Source: Spirochaetota bacterium (GTDB lineage: Bacteria; Spirochaetota; UBA4802; JAFGJZ01). Taken from it: a DNA stretch of 42,885 bases. Position 1 is the stretch's first letter; every line of letters starts with the position of its first letter. This document shows positions 34,959 to 42,885 of the stretch, piece by piece. The DNA lies in assembly GCA_035447445.1 (NCBI GenBank), contig DAOTGZ010000002.1, forward strand, positions 1 to 42,885, written 5' to 3'. The notes below the pieces were generated by a model. That model was not told where the DNA came from and made no database searches. It worked only from the letters and a program-made list of their open reading frames with translations. A program made the position numbers and the translations under genes.

Positions 34959-35466
34959 AAACAATTCGAATTTAGAAGATTCTGAAATTGACGGTCTTTA
35001 CCGAATAGTTGAGCGTGATGCTCATGAGGGCGGGTATTTGCTGAATCCTGATGATTCATTTACACGAGAATTGATTCGGGGATTGGTTGTAAACACCAAG
35101 CGCTATGGGTATGCGGCATGTCCTTGCAGATTAGCATCTGGTGATGAGGCCGAAGACCGGGATATGGTATGCCCTTGTGATTATCGTGATGCAGATTTGA
35201 ATGAGTACGGAGCCTGTTATTGTGCTCTGTATGTTACTGAAGAAGTTGCTTCTGGTAAGCGAAAGTTAAGGCCATTACCGGATAGACGGGAAAGAGAGTT
35301 GGAAAAGAAAAAAAAAGATAAAGGTGAATCAGAAAAAAATATTTCAGGATTATCTTATCCGGTATGGAGATGTAGTGTGTGCGGTTATCTTGCGGCTAGA
35401 AGTATGCCGCCTGAAAAGTGCCCTATTTGTAAAGTGTCAAAAGAGCGATTTGAAAAATTTATCTGA
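34951..35466 (+). CDS. ferredoxin-thioredoxin reductase catalytic-subunit-like domain fused to a rubredoxin-like zinc/iron ribbon
   Basis: The FTRc Cys pattern CPCR...CPC...CYC is followed by WRCSVCGY...CPICK (CxxC-N13-CxxC). ATG 34951 overlaps the upstream stop (ATGAGTAA). Confidence 0.8.
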   Translation: MSKNNSNLEDSEIDGLYRIVERDAHEGGYLLNPDDSFTRELIRGLVVNTKRYGYAACPCRLASGDEAEDRDMVCPCDYRDADLNEYGACYCALYVTEEVASGKRKLRPLPDRRERELEKKKKDKGESEKNISGLSYPVWRCSVCGYLAARSMPPEKCPICKVSKERFEKFI

Positions 35467-35553
35467 TTGAATTGATTATGCGTAAATGAGGATGATTTAT
35501 TTGTTTTTTTGATCTAATATTATAAATAAAATTTATATAATGGCAGGTGTGAT

Positions 35554-35856
35554 ATGATTAAGCATATAGTCATGTGGAAACTTAAAGACGATGTTGATGG
35601 TTTAACAAAGGATCAAACAGCTCTTTTGTTAAAAAAAGAAATTGAATTAATGAAAGAAAAAATTCCGCAAATAGTTAAAATTGAGGCTGGAATTAATTAT
35701 AATCACGGACCTATTGCGTATGATCTTTGTCTTTATTCAGAATTTGAAAACGATGACGATCTTGCCATTTACCAGGATCATCCGGATCATGCGGTTGTTA
35801 AAGAACTTGTTGTAAAATATGCTGAAAACGGAGTTGTGGTTGACTATGAGATATAA
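35554..35856 (+). CDS. Dabb-family stress-responsive alpha/beta-barrel protein
   Basis: 100-aa ORF with MIKHIVMWKLK...Y..HP.H pattern. Confidence 0.75.
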   Translation: MIKHIVMWKLKDDVDGLTKDQTALLLKKEIELMKEKIPQIVKIEAGINYNHGPIAYDLCLYSEFENDDDLAIYQDHPDHAVVKELVVKYAENGVVVDYEI

Positions 35857-36478
35857 AATAATATTCAATATATTATTGTTGTGTATTGCACTTTCTGTTT
35901 TATCTTGTATTAAAAACAATGAAGAGAGTAGTAAAAATAATAAGGAGAAAAAGATACTAATGAATGGCGAAATAGTAATAACACTTGATTCAGAAAAAGC
36001 ACCTTTGTCGGCCGAAAACTTTATATCATATGTTAAGGATGGTTTTTTTGACGGTACAATATTTCATCGTGTAATACCGGGATTCGTTGTACAGGGGGGG
36101 GGATTTACTCAGGAAATGGATCAGAAAAAAACAAAAGATCCTGTAAAAAACGAAGCAGATAACGGATTATCAAATGTTCGTGGATCAGTAGCGATGGCTC
36201 GAACACAAATTGTTGATTCGGCTACTTCTCAGTTTTATATAAATTTAAAAGACAATGTAATGCTTGATCATAAAGGAAAAGACGAACAGAATTACGGCTA
36301 TTGTGTATTTGGTCATATTACATCGGGAATGGAATTTGTAGATAAAATTGCTGGAGTCAAAACTGGAAACTCTGGTTTTCATCGAGATGTTCCTGAGATA
36401 CCAGTAGTTATCAAGAGTGCAGTATTGGGTGACAATGGTAAGACTGTTACGTTTACAATAGAACAAGCCACAGAGTAG
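35846..36478 (+). CDS. cyclophilin-type peptidyl-prolyl cis-trans isomerase, lipoprotein
   Basis: It has a lipobox (LSVLS-C) and cyclophilin motifs FHRVIPGFVVQGGGF, GSVAMAR, SQFYINL and VFGHITSGMEFVDKI. ATG 35846 overlaps the Dabb gene's end. Confidence 0.88.
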   Translation: MRYKIIFNILLLCIALSVLSCIKNNEESSKNNKEKKILMNGEIVITLDSEKAPLSAENFISYVKDGFFDGTIFHRVIPGFVVQGGGFTQEMDQKKTKDPVKNEADNGLSNVRGSVAMARTQIVDSATSQFYINLKDNVMLDHKGKDEQNYGYCVFGHITSGMEFVDKIAGVKTGNSGFHRDVPEIPVVIKSAVLGDNGKTVTFTIEQATE

Positions 36479-36483
36479 GTATT

Positions 36484-37569
36484 ATGGAAAACCGTGACAT
36501 CGAGCAGTATTTCAAAGAGATGATGAGTGCCGAAAAATCGGCTGACCATTCGATTATTACTTCTCTTGAGAAAAAAGTTTATGATATGAAAAATTTAATA
36601 GAGATTGGGATTAGTCTATCATCAAATCTTGATTTTAAGAGTCTTGTTGACGCGGTTTTGTATAGTTGTATAGGGCAACTGTTTATAGATAAAATTGCTA
36701 TTCTTTTACAAGTTGATATCGATTCGAACTGTTATTATATACATTCACATAAAGGATATGATATTACTTCCATAAGTGATGAAATTATCCTGGGAGAAAA
36801 TTCTGTTTTGAGTAGTTTTCTTCAGGATCACCCTGAGCCACATGATTATGAGGCTTTAAAAAAAATTCCCGAGCTTTCTGAAGATCTAAGTGCAGTAGAT
36901 GATTTATCCCCAATATTAATTGTACCGATGAAGTCAAAGAATAGTCTTAATGGTATAATAATAGTCGGGAACAAAATGCTCGGTACACCGTTTACTACCG
37001 ATGAAAAGGAGTTTTTACGGCAGTTGTCAAGGTTTTCAGCGACTGCTGTTGAAAATTCTCGACTCTATCTGATGGCCACTCAGGATCGAATGACTCGTTT
37101 ACATGTACATCATTTTTTTCAAGACAAGTTATTGGAAGAGATGAAGCGCTCTCAGCGAAGCGGCGAGCCTCTCTCTCTGTTTATAACGGATATTGACCAT
37201 TTTAAAAAGTTTAATGATGTGTATGGTCATCAGCAGGGGGATACTGTATTGAAAGAGGTAGCACGTTTGATGCGTGAATCGGTGAGAGCAACTGACTGTG
37301 CTGCACGTTATGGGGGGGAAGAGTTTGCTGTGATTTTGCCCGGCGCTTCGCTTGAGTTGGCTTCTGATGTTGCCAATCGATTACGTAAGACAATTGAACA
37401 GCATGAGTTTCCGGGGCAAAATGAGCCTTTGCATGTTGCGATATCAGCCGGCGTCGCACAGTACGATCCGGAATGTGATCTACATAAGGAAGATCTTATA
37501 GAACGTGCTGATAAGGCTCTTTACAAGGCCAAGGAGTCTGGAAGAAACAGGGTTGCTGTTTTTAGATGA
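36484..37569 (+). CDS. GAF-domain diguanylate cyclase (GGDEF)
   Basis: The active-site motif is RYGGEEFAVIL. RATD sits five residues upstream (I-site RxxD). DIDHFKKFND is also present. The N-terminal about 190 aa look GAF-like. Confidence 0.88.
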   Translation: MENRDIEQYFKEMMSAEKSADHSIITSLEKKVYDMKNLIEIGISLSSNLDFKSLVDAVLYSCIGQLFIDKIAILLQVDIDSNCYYIHSHKGYDITSISDEIILGENSVLSSFLQDHPEPHDYEALKKIPELSEDLSAVDDLSPILIVPMKSKNSLNGIIIVGNKMLGTPFTTDEKEFLRQLSRFSATAVENSRLYLMATQDRMTRLHVHHFFQDKLLEEMKRSQRSGEPLSLFITDIDHFKKFNDVYGHQQGDTVLKEVARLMRESVRATDCAARYGGEEFAVILPGASLELASDVANRLRKTIEQHEFPGQNEPLHVAISAGVAQYDPECDLHKEDLIERADKALYKAKESGRNRVAVFR

Positions 37570-37589
37570 AATTATTTTAACGTTATATT

Positions 37590-37626
37590 AAAAAAAGTGA
37601 TGAACAAAAAAAGTTCATCACTTTTG
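37590..37626. terminator. bidirectional rho-independent terminator between convergent genes
   Basis: AAAGTGATGAAC-AAAAAAA-GTTCATCACTTT is a perfect 12-bp stem flanked by an A-run upstream and a T-run downstream. Confidence 0.85.
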
Positions 37627-37686
37627 CTATTGCAAACTATTAAATTGTCAAATGTAATATGACTAATTCAGTTCAAAATATAAATC

Positions 37687-38097
37687 TTACTTTCGATCAA
37701 GAGTTGTAGTCCCGTCAATAATCCACTCTGTAAAATCCCAGTATTCACCAGATTTAACAAGGGTGAAAGTGTTTTTATGCTCCATTCCTAAATCATCATC
37801 ATGGTATGCAGTTGCGGAACCAGTGTCTCCACTTTCGGACGTTGAGATGTCTGTAAATTCAAGATTAGCTGTTCCCACGGAATCTTTTAAAGTTTCCATA
37901 CTTGCTATGCCCGAACCCCCGGCATTGGAGCCTTCTGAAAAGAGTACTGTAATTTCAGCCTCACTTCCTGAATTGTAGGCATCCTGAAGGTCGAGAACCG
38001 CATTCTTTATGCCATCAGTTTCGCTCTCATCGTCTTCACAGGAAATAAAGATGAGTAATGCAAGGATTATAGATGTAATTGTAAATAATTTTTTCAT
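37687..38097 (-). CDS. small lipoprotein (NTF2/DUF4878-like look)
   Basis: 136-aa ORF with lipobox LLIFIS-C-EDD. The family call is weak. Confidence 0.55.
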   Translation of the reverse strand: MKKLFTITSIILALLIFISCEDDESETDGIKNAVLDLQDAYNSGSEAEITVLFSEGSNAGGSGIASMETLKDSVGTANLEFTDISTSESGDTGSATAYHDDDLGMEHKNTFTLVKSGEYWDFTEWIIDGTTTLDRK

Positions 38098-38123
38098 TTA
38101 TTTGGTCTCCTAATAATAACATT

Positions 38124-39164
38124 TTAACGTCTACTTCGTTTTTTTCTAAGCTCATCTCTCTTTTGTTTTGCTTCAACTGCTGCTTTGATGTATTTAATAT
38201 AGTACTTTTTATAAAGATCGTCTATTTCCATATATAATTTATTAATTTCTGCTGTACGATTAGATCGATCAATGGTTTCGTATGTTAAATCCGAAAAATC
38301 TTTAACCATGCCCATTTTATAGGCGTTTACTATCGCCCTAAAAGAGGCGAGATGAAGTTTCTGAGCTGCCTGAAAGGAGAGTTTTGCATTTTCCTCAAAT
38401 TTGGCTGTGTTTCCATCGGCTTTGAATTTTTTTGCCAACTCATCGTATTTGATCTTTTCTTTCTGGTTAAACTCTTTTATTTCTTCCAGTTCTGTTATAT
38501 CATTGTCAAGTTTTTTCATTTTTTTCAAAGATTCGTTAAGAACTGATTCTTCATTGCCTTTAAGCTGATTTTTTGAGTCACTAATCCATTTGTTCCACTC
38601 GGAGATTTTAATGTCTTCAACTTCTGATGGGTCACCTCCATATGGCACAGTGGTTTCCTGGTTAGCGTTTACAAGCACAGTTCGTGAAGAACCTGTAATA
38701 GCTACCCGTCCTTTTTGTACCTGTAGAACAGATGTTCCGTCATAACCTGCTGCAACAAGAAATTCTGTACCTCTAACAGCACAGACTGTCGACACAGTAT
38801 TAACTTTAAAACCTGAATTATTGTTTTGAAGCTTGTCCATTTTAAGTTGAACTGTGCCACGCGTCATATCGAGAGATTGCACTTTCTTCTCTTCATCGAT
38901 ATCCTGTCCAATCGCTAATTGAGTATTTTCATTAACCTTAATAGTGTTGCCGTCCATATCGATCTGAATGTAGGCCTTTGAGCCTGTTTTAACGGTATCA
39001 CCGTTAACAAGTTTTTGGTTCATACTGGCTTTTTGCCAAGTATCAGAGCCGAATGGCTTGATTTTCGCCTCTCCGACAAAAAACTTTATCTGCATGGCAG
39101 AAAATGCCGGTAAGGAAAAGGTCATGGCGAATAGTATTAATAGGAGTTTTTTTACAGTAATCAT
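38124..39164 (-). CDS. FecR-domain envelope protein with a long C-terminal coiled coil
   Basis: It has a signal peptide and a FecR-like beta region (GEAKIKPFGSDTWQKASMNQKLVNGDTVKTGSKAYIQIDMDGNTIKVNENTQLAI...VRGTEFLV). The C-terminal half is K/E-rich and helical. Confidence 0.75.
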   Translation of the reverse strand: MITVKKLLLILFAMTFSLPAFSAMQIKFFVGEAKIKPFGSDTWQKASMNQKLVNGDTVKTGSKAYIQIDMDGNTIKVNENTQLAIGQDIDEEKKVQSLDMTRGTVQLKMDKLQNNNSGFKVNTVSTVCAVRGTEFLVAAGYDGTSVLQVQKGRVAITGSSRTVLVNANQETTVPYGGDPSEVEDIKISEWNKWISDSKNQLKGNEESVLNESLKKMKKLDNDITELEEIKEFNQKEKIKYDELAKKFKADGNTAKFEENAKLSFQAAQKLHLASFRAIVNAYKMGMVKDFSDLTYETIDRSNRTAEINKLYMEIDDLYKKYYIKYIKAAVEAKQKRDELRKKRSRR

Positions 39165-39501
39165 ATCTTACCTTCTTTTTTGTTGGATTAACCGTTTTGC
39201 GATGAATAAAATAATATTAAAATACGGAAAATCCCTTTTTTTAAGTAAAAGAAAGACCATCTTTTGGAACAAAAGTAATTGTATAGTTACAAAAAATGAT
39301 TAAAACAAAATCTTTAGCATCCATTTATTCATTGTTATACGGTATTGGCTAATTTTCAAGCCAATTAATCATTTTTCTAAATTTAAGGCACTTTATTGCT
39401 CTTGACATTGAACATAATTTGAAGATATGTCGTATTAATATGACTGTTATCGGTTGCATTTGCAATTTTATAATTTTGCCTGAATAGATAATATGATTCT
39501 C

Positions 39502-39531
39502 TTGACGTAATTTTATGATTATCTGTATATA
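39502..39531 (+). promoter_or_regulatory. sigma70-type promoter for the EIIA/CBS-permease pair
   Basis: TTGACG-18 nt-TATATA with TG just upstream of the -10, 20 nt upstream of ATG 39551. Confidence 0.45.
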
Positions 39532-39550
39532 AGTCATACGGGGGTAATTT

Positions 39551-40480
39551 ATGGAAAAAGTAGAGATAAAAAGTGCTGATTTTACAGCTTTTTTTACCGC
39601 TGAAGATATTATCTGTCATAGTGATTTAAAAAAACGAAATGATTTGTTTTCTGCAATATTGAAAAATCTTGCTTATAATAAAGGCATTGGAAATGTAAAT
39701 GATGCGTATAATGCAGTGCTCGAGCGGGAAGAGGGTTATAGTACAGTCCTCTCTAAAGGACTTGCTCTACCTCATGCTAGGTTATCAACAATTAGTGAGT
39801 TGGTAATAGGAATTGCTACATCGAAAGAGGGGATTGTTTTTGATGGTGATTCTGAGAATCCTGTTCATGTTGTTATTATGATACTCACGCCTAAAGATAA
39901 GCCTTCGCTCTATTTACAGGTTTTAAGTTCTGTATCAAAGGTACTTGCCCAAGAGGGGATAATTGATAAACTTGCTGAGTTTTCTGATAATAATGAGATG
40001 TGGCGTTTTTTAAACCGAAGCGGGCTTGATTTTCCGGATTATATTTGTGCTGGAGATATCATGAATAGTGATTTTTCGTCTTTAAAAGAAAACGCTACGC
40101 TTGAACAGGCAATAGATCTTTTTGTTAACAAAAATATGAACGATGTTCCCGTTCTAGATGCAGATGGTGATCTTGTAGGTATTGTTTCGACAAGTGAATT
40201 ATTGAGAGTATGTCTTCCCGATTATATTCTATGGATGGATGATCTATCTCCTATTATAAATTTTGAACCTTTTTCGCATATTCTTCAAAATGAGAGTAAT
40301 ACTTGGCTTGCGGAAATTATGTCGTATGATTTTGCATCGGTAGATGAAAAAGATCCAGCGATTATGGTTGCTCAGGAAATAACAAAACATAAAAAAGGTC
40401 AGGCCTATGTTTTGCGTGATAAAAAATTGGTAGGTGTGATTACCATGCAGCAATTTTTAAACAAGATACTCAGGGAGTAA
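39551..40480 (+). CDS. PTS EIIA(Ntr)-type domain fused to a CBS pair
   Basis: The N-terminal PTS_EIIA_2 pattern is AVLEREEGYSTVLSKGLALPHARL...PVHVVIMILTP. Two CBS motifs follow (AGDIMNSDF...VPVLDADGDLVGIVSTSELL; LAEIMSYDF...VLRDKKLVGVITMQQFL). Confidence 0.8.
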   Translation: MEKVEIKSADFTAFFTAEDIICHSDLKKRNDLFSAILKNLAYNKGIGNVNDAYNAVLEREEGYSTVLSKGLALPHARLSTISELVIGIATSKEGIVFDGDSENPVHVVIMILTPKDKPSLYLQVLSSVSKVLAQEGIIDKLAEFSDNNEMWRFLNRSGLDFPDYICAGDIMNSDFSSLKENATLEQAIDLFVNKNMNDVPVLDADGDLVGIVSTSELLRVCLPDYILWMDDLSPIINFEPFSHILQNESNTWLAEIMSYDFASVDEKDPAIMVAQEITKHKKGQAYVLRDKKLVGVITMQQFLNKILRE

Positions 40481-40483
40481 AAA

Positions 40484-41905
40484 ATGCATAGTGATAATGA
40501 AAAAATAACACCCCGCCAATCCATGATCAGGGGAGGCATACTTCTTGCCGTAACTTTTTTTGCTGGATGGCTGGCATACTACGCGGGATTAACAGAAAAT
40601 TCACAAGTTATGGCTGCGTCAGTATTTGTTTTGATAATAGGTGCTACTCTGCTTTTCTGGAACGCACGCCTTGCAATAGCTTTTATTGGTATTGCCATAT
40701 TATTAGGTGGGCGGGTTTTGACTCTGGAACAGATGATTGTATCGGCAGAACTTGATATCATTTTATTTTTGGTTGGCATGATGACTATGGTTGGTGTGTT
40801 GAAAGACCTTGGTCTTTTTACTTGGATTATACAGCTTGTTATAAATATGAAAGCTATGAATGGCAAACTATTTTGTATAATTGTGGTTGTGATGTCGGCT
40901 GTAATGGCGAGTGTTGTAGACGAGGTTACTTCGATTGTTTTTATTTTAGCACTTATTTTTCAGGTTTGCGATACACTGAAAATTAATCCCGTACCCTTCG
41001 TAATGATTGCGGTTATAGGAACAAATATTGGATCAAGCGGAACTATGCTTGGGAATCCTGTTGGCATTTTAATTGGTACAAAGGCCGGATTCTCTTTTGC
41101 TGATTTTGTTCGCTGGGCAGCTCCGGTAATGTTTGTATCCCTTTTGGCTGCGCTTTTTATTGTACTAGTCTGGTATCGAAAAGATATACAACTTCTTACA
41201 GAGAGATTGGAGGCACGTAGAAAGATGCAACTTGGTCTTGGGCCGCTTGTCCGGATTCCCTTTAAACGTGGGCTTTTCATTCTTGTGTCTGCTGTTACTT
41301 TGATTGCTTTGCATCATAAGTTGGAAACTCTTCTTGGGGTACAGAAAAATACACTTTTAATTGTAGCGCCTCTAGCAATATCTGGAATTTTGATGGTTTG
41401 GAGAAGTAATCGTGCAAGGCATTATATAGAAGCAGAAGTTGAGTGGTGGACTTTGCTTTTTTTTATGATGCTTTTTGCTGTAGCGGGTTCGCTTGAACAT
41501 ACAGGTGTAACAGAACATGTTGCGCATAACTTTGTTGGAACGTTTGGAAATAATCCTGTTGTACTAACTCCGATTATAATATTTGTGACAGCGCTCGGTT
41601 CGGCATTTGTTGACAATATCGTTTTTGTTGCGGCATTCATACCTGTTATTAAGGAATTAAATATGACACCCTTATGGTGGGCCATGCTTTTTGGTGCCTG
41701 TTTCGGTGGAAATATTACTGCTATTGGCTCTACCGCGAATATAGTTGCGTTGGGTATGATGGAAAAAAGATATAAAAAGCATATAGCTTTTTTTGAATGG
41801 ATAAAAATAGGTGCTGTTGTTGGATTTGTTACCTGTGTGGTTGCCTGGATATTGATTCTTCTGTTGATGCCATATATGCCGGAAATGAATCAAATAGGAC
41901 ATTAA
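40484..41905 (+). CDS. ArsB/NhaD-superfamily (SLC13/CitMHS-like) anion permease
   Basis: 473-aa polytopic membrane protein with an internal-repeat layout. It starts 3 nt after the upstream stop and has GGGAG upstream. Confidence 0.72.
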   Translation: MHSDNEKITPRQSMIRGGILLAVTFFAGWLAYYAGLTENSQVMAASVFVLIIGATLLFWNARLAIAFIGIAILLGGRVLTLEQMIVSAELDIILFLVGMMTMVGVLKDLGLFTWIIQLVINMKAMNGKLFCIIVVVMSAVMASVVDEVTSIVFILALIFQVCDTLKINPVPFVMIAVIGTNIGSSGTMLGNPVGILIGTKAGFSFADFVRWAAPVMFVSLLAALFIVLVWYRKDIQLLTERLEARRKMQLGLGPLVRIPFKRGLFILVSAVTLIALHHKLETLLGVQKNTLLIVAPLAISGILMVWRSNRARHYIEAEVEWWTLLFFMMLFAVAGSLEHTGVTEHVAHNFVGTFGNNPVVLTPIIIFVTALGSAFVDNIVFVAAFIPVIKELNMTPLWWAMLFGACFGGNITAIGSTANIVALGMMEKRYKKHIAFFEWIKIGAVVGFVTCVVAWILILLLMPYMPEMNQIGH

Positions 41906-41965
41906 TTTAGACATGCCTGGGGTGTTATTTGCGCTTACAAGTTATTTGCTGAGGTGATAGCAGGT

Positions 41966-42885
41966 TTGAAATATTTGTTAGTCCGAGGTTATTATACTGA
42001 CTTGTTTAGAAAGTTCTTTTTTATCTTTATTGCAGTATCGCTATTTTGTTTAAACTGTTGTACAGGTAATGTTGAACGTGATTCTGAGGTGCTATCAAGG
42101 AATATTGTTGAAACTGTAAATGGTATCATTTATGAGTTCAAGGGAAATAAAAACACTCTTGTTTTTTACCTTGAAGGTAGTGGATTGCATTCGGTACTTG
42201 GGGTAAAAAAGAATGATGGCTGGAGCCATAGAACTTTTTCTTTTTTTGTTATAAAATATTTTAATGCCTTTGCTGATGTTGTTGTTATAGAAAAACCGAA
42301 AATGAAACCAGGTAAAGATCATTCCACTGACGGTGAAGTACTGGTTGCGTATACTTCAAGTAATTTAATTGATCACTATTCTGTCATGATTGACGATTAT
42401 CTTGATAAGTCAGACGCTAAGCAAGTTGTTATTTTTGGATATTCTGAAGGTGGAATGCTTGCTCCAGCAGTTTATAGAAATCTGAAAAACAGTGATCGTA
42501 TTAATAAACTTGTAATCGGTGGTGCAGGCGGCATGAGTCAGTACGAGCAATTTATGGTGCTTGCCGAGTCTTATGTAAAGATGCCGGATAAATACCGTCT
42601 TGAGTGCCGGGATATTCAAAGAGTTAGAAGCCGGGTTAGGACTTTTCCTGATTCAATTGAATTTAGTTTTTTGGGATTACCGTACAGAAGATGGAACAGT
42701 TTTTTTGATTTTTCTCCTGCTGATTATTATGCAAATATCGAAATACCGGTATTATTTTATCATGGCACTTTTGACTGGAGTGTGCCGGTTGAATCGACTA
42801 GTATGCTTGAAAAATTATATCCTGATAAGAATTTTAATTTTATGTATATCGATAAGATGCAGCATGTGCCAGAGGATGATAAGGG
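41966..42885 (+). CDS. alpha/beta-hydrolase lipoprotein (gene runs off the right edge)
   Basis: My own translation from TTG 41966 (GAGGTG 9 nt upstream) has no stop to the window edge. It has a lipobox-like LFCLN-C-C and the nucleophile elbow GYSEGG (GxSxG). The late ...DKMQHVPEDD is consistent with a catalytic His. Confidence 0.6.
   Translation, partial: MKYLLVRGYYTDLFRKFFFIFIAVSLFCLNCCTGNVERDSEVLSRNIVETVNGIIYEFKGNKNTLVFYLEGSGLHSVLGVKKNDGWSHRTFSFFVIKYFNAFADVVVIEKPKMKPGKDHSTDGEVLVAYTSSNLIDHYSVMIDDYLDKSDAKQVVIFGYSEGGMLAPAVYRNLKNSDRINKLVIGGAGGMSQYEQFMVLAESYVKMPDKYRLECRDIQRVRSRVRTFPDSIEFSFLGLPYRRWNSFFDFSPADYYANIEIPVLFYHGTFDWSVPVESTSMLEKLYPDKNFNFMYIDKMQHVPEDDK

Noticed and set aside
39349-39619. 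Two minus-strand ORFs (62 and 78 aa) in or near the divergent spacer
   Set aside because: They are AT-rich random-looking translations. One overlaps the start of the well-supported EIIA/CBS gene.
1-42885. Scan for CRISPR arrays, IS elements, integrases, phage genes, toxin-antitoxin pairs or known defence genes
   Set aside because: None were found. There are no spaced direct repeats, terminal inverted repeats, or transposase- or integrase-like ORFs. The only PIN domain is the housekeeping YacL-type PIN/TRAM protein.

Overview
AT-rich (by eye under 40% GC, not computed), densely coding bacterial chromosomal window with about 45 CDS and one tRNA. I saw no rRNA, CRISPR array, transposase, integrase or prophage content. 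The backbone is housekeeping: a carD-like regulator, class A PBP, htrA, coaX, the rimP-nusA-infB-rbfA-truB-rpsO-pnp-M16 peptidase block, bactofilin plus a LysM/M23 peptidase, glyS, tRNA-Leu(CAA), a cyclophilin and a second M23 peptidase. Loose lipoboxes, a FecR-domain envelope protein, CarD, bactofilin and many c-di-GMP parts fit a diderm, possibly spirochaete-like, organism, but I cannot assign taxonomy from sequence alone. The less ordinary content falls into six groups. (1) A co-directional cluster at 9064-14494 encodes a degenerate GlgC/GlgD-like protein, an ATGA-coupled GAF-PilZ-like protein, a secreted vWA protein and an outer-membrane-type protein. I cannot map this cluster to a described system. 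(2) An orphan tandem receiver-like protein is followed by a stand-alone MshEN-type (c-di-GMP receptor fold) mini-protein with its own near-consensus promoter. (3) A ClpX paralogue lacks the zinc-binding domain and carries a duplicated, degenerate lid subdomain. (4) A glutaredoxin-like gene is coupled to an FTR-catalytic-subunit/rubredoxin fusion. (5) A PTS-EIIA(Ntr)-like/CBS protein is coupled to an ArsB/NhaD-type permease. (6) A 24-nt palindromic motif is shared by two otherwise unrelated intergenic regions. All functional calls come from motif recognition by eye in the supplied translations. No database search was run.
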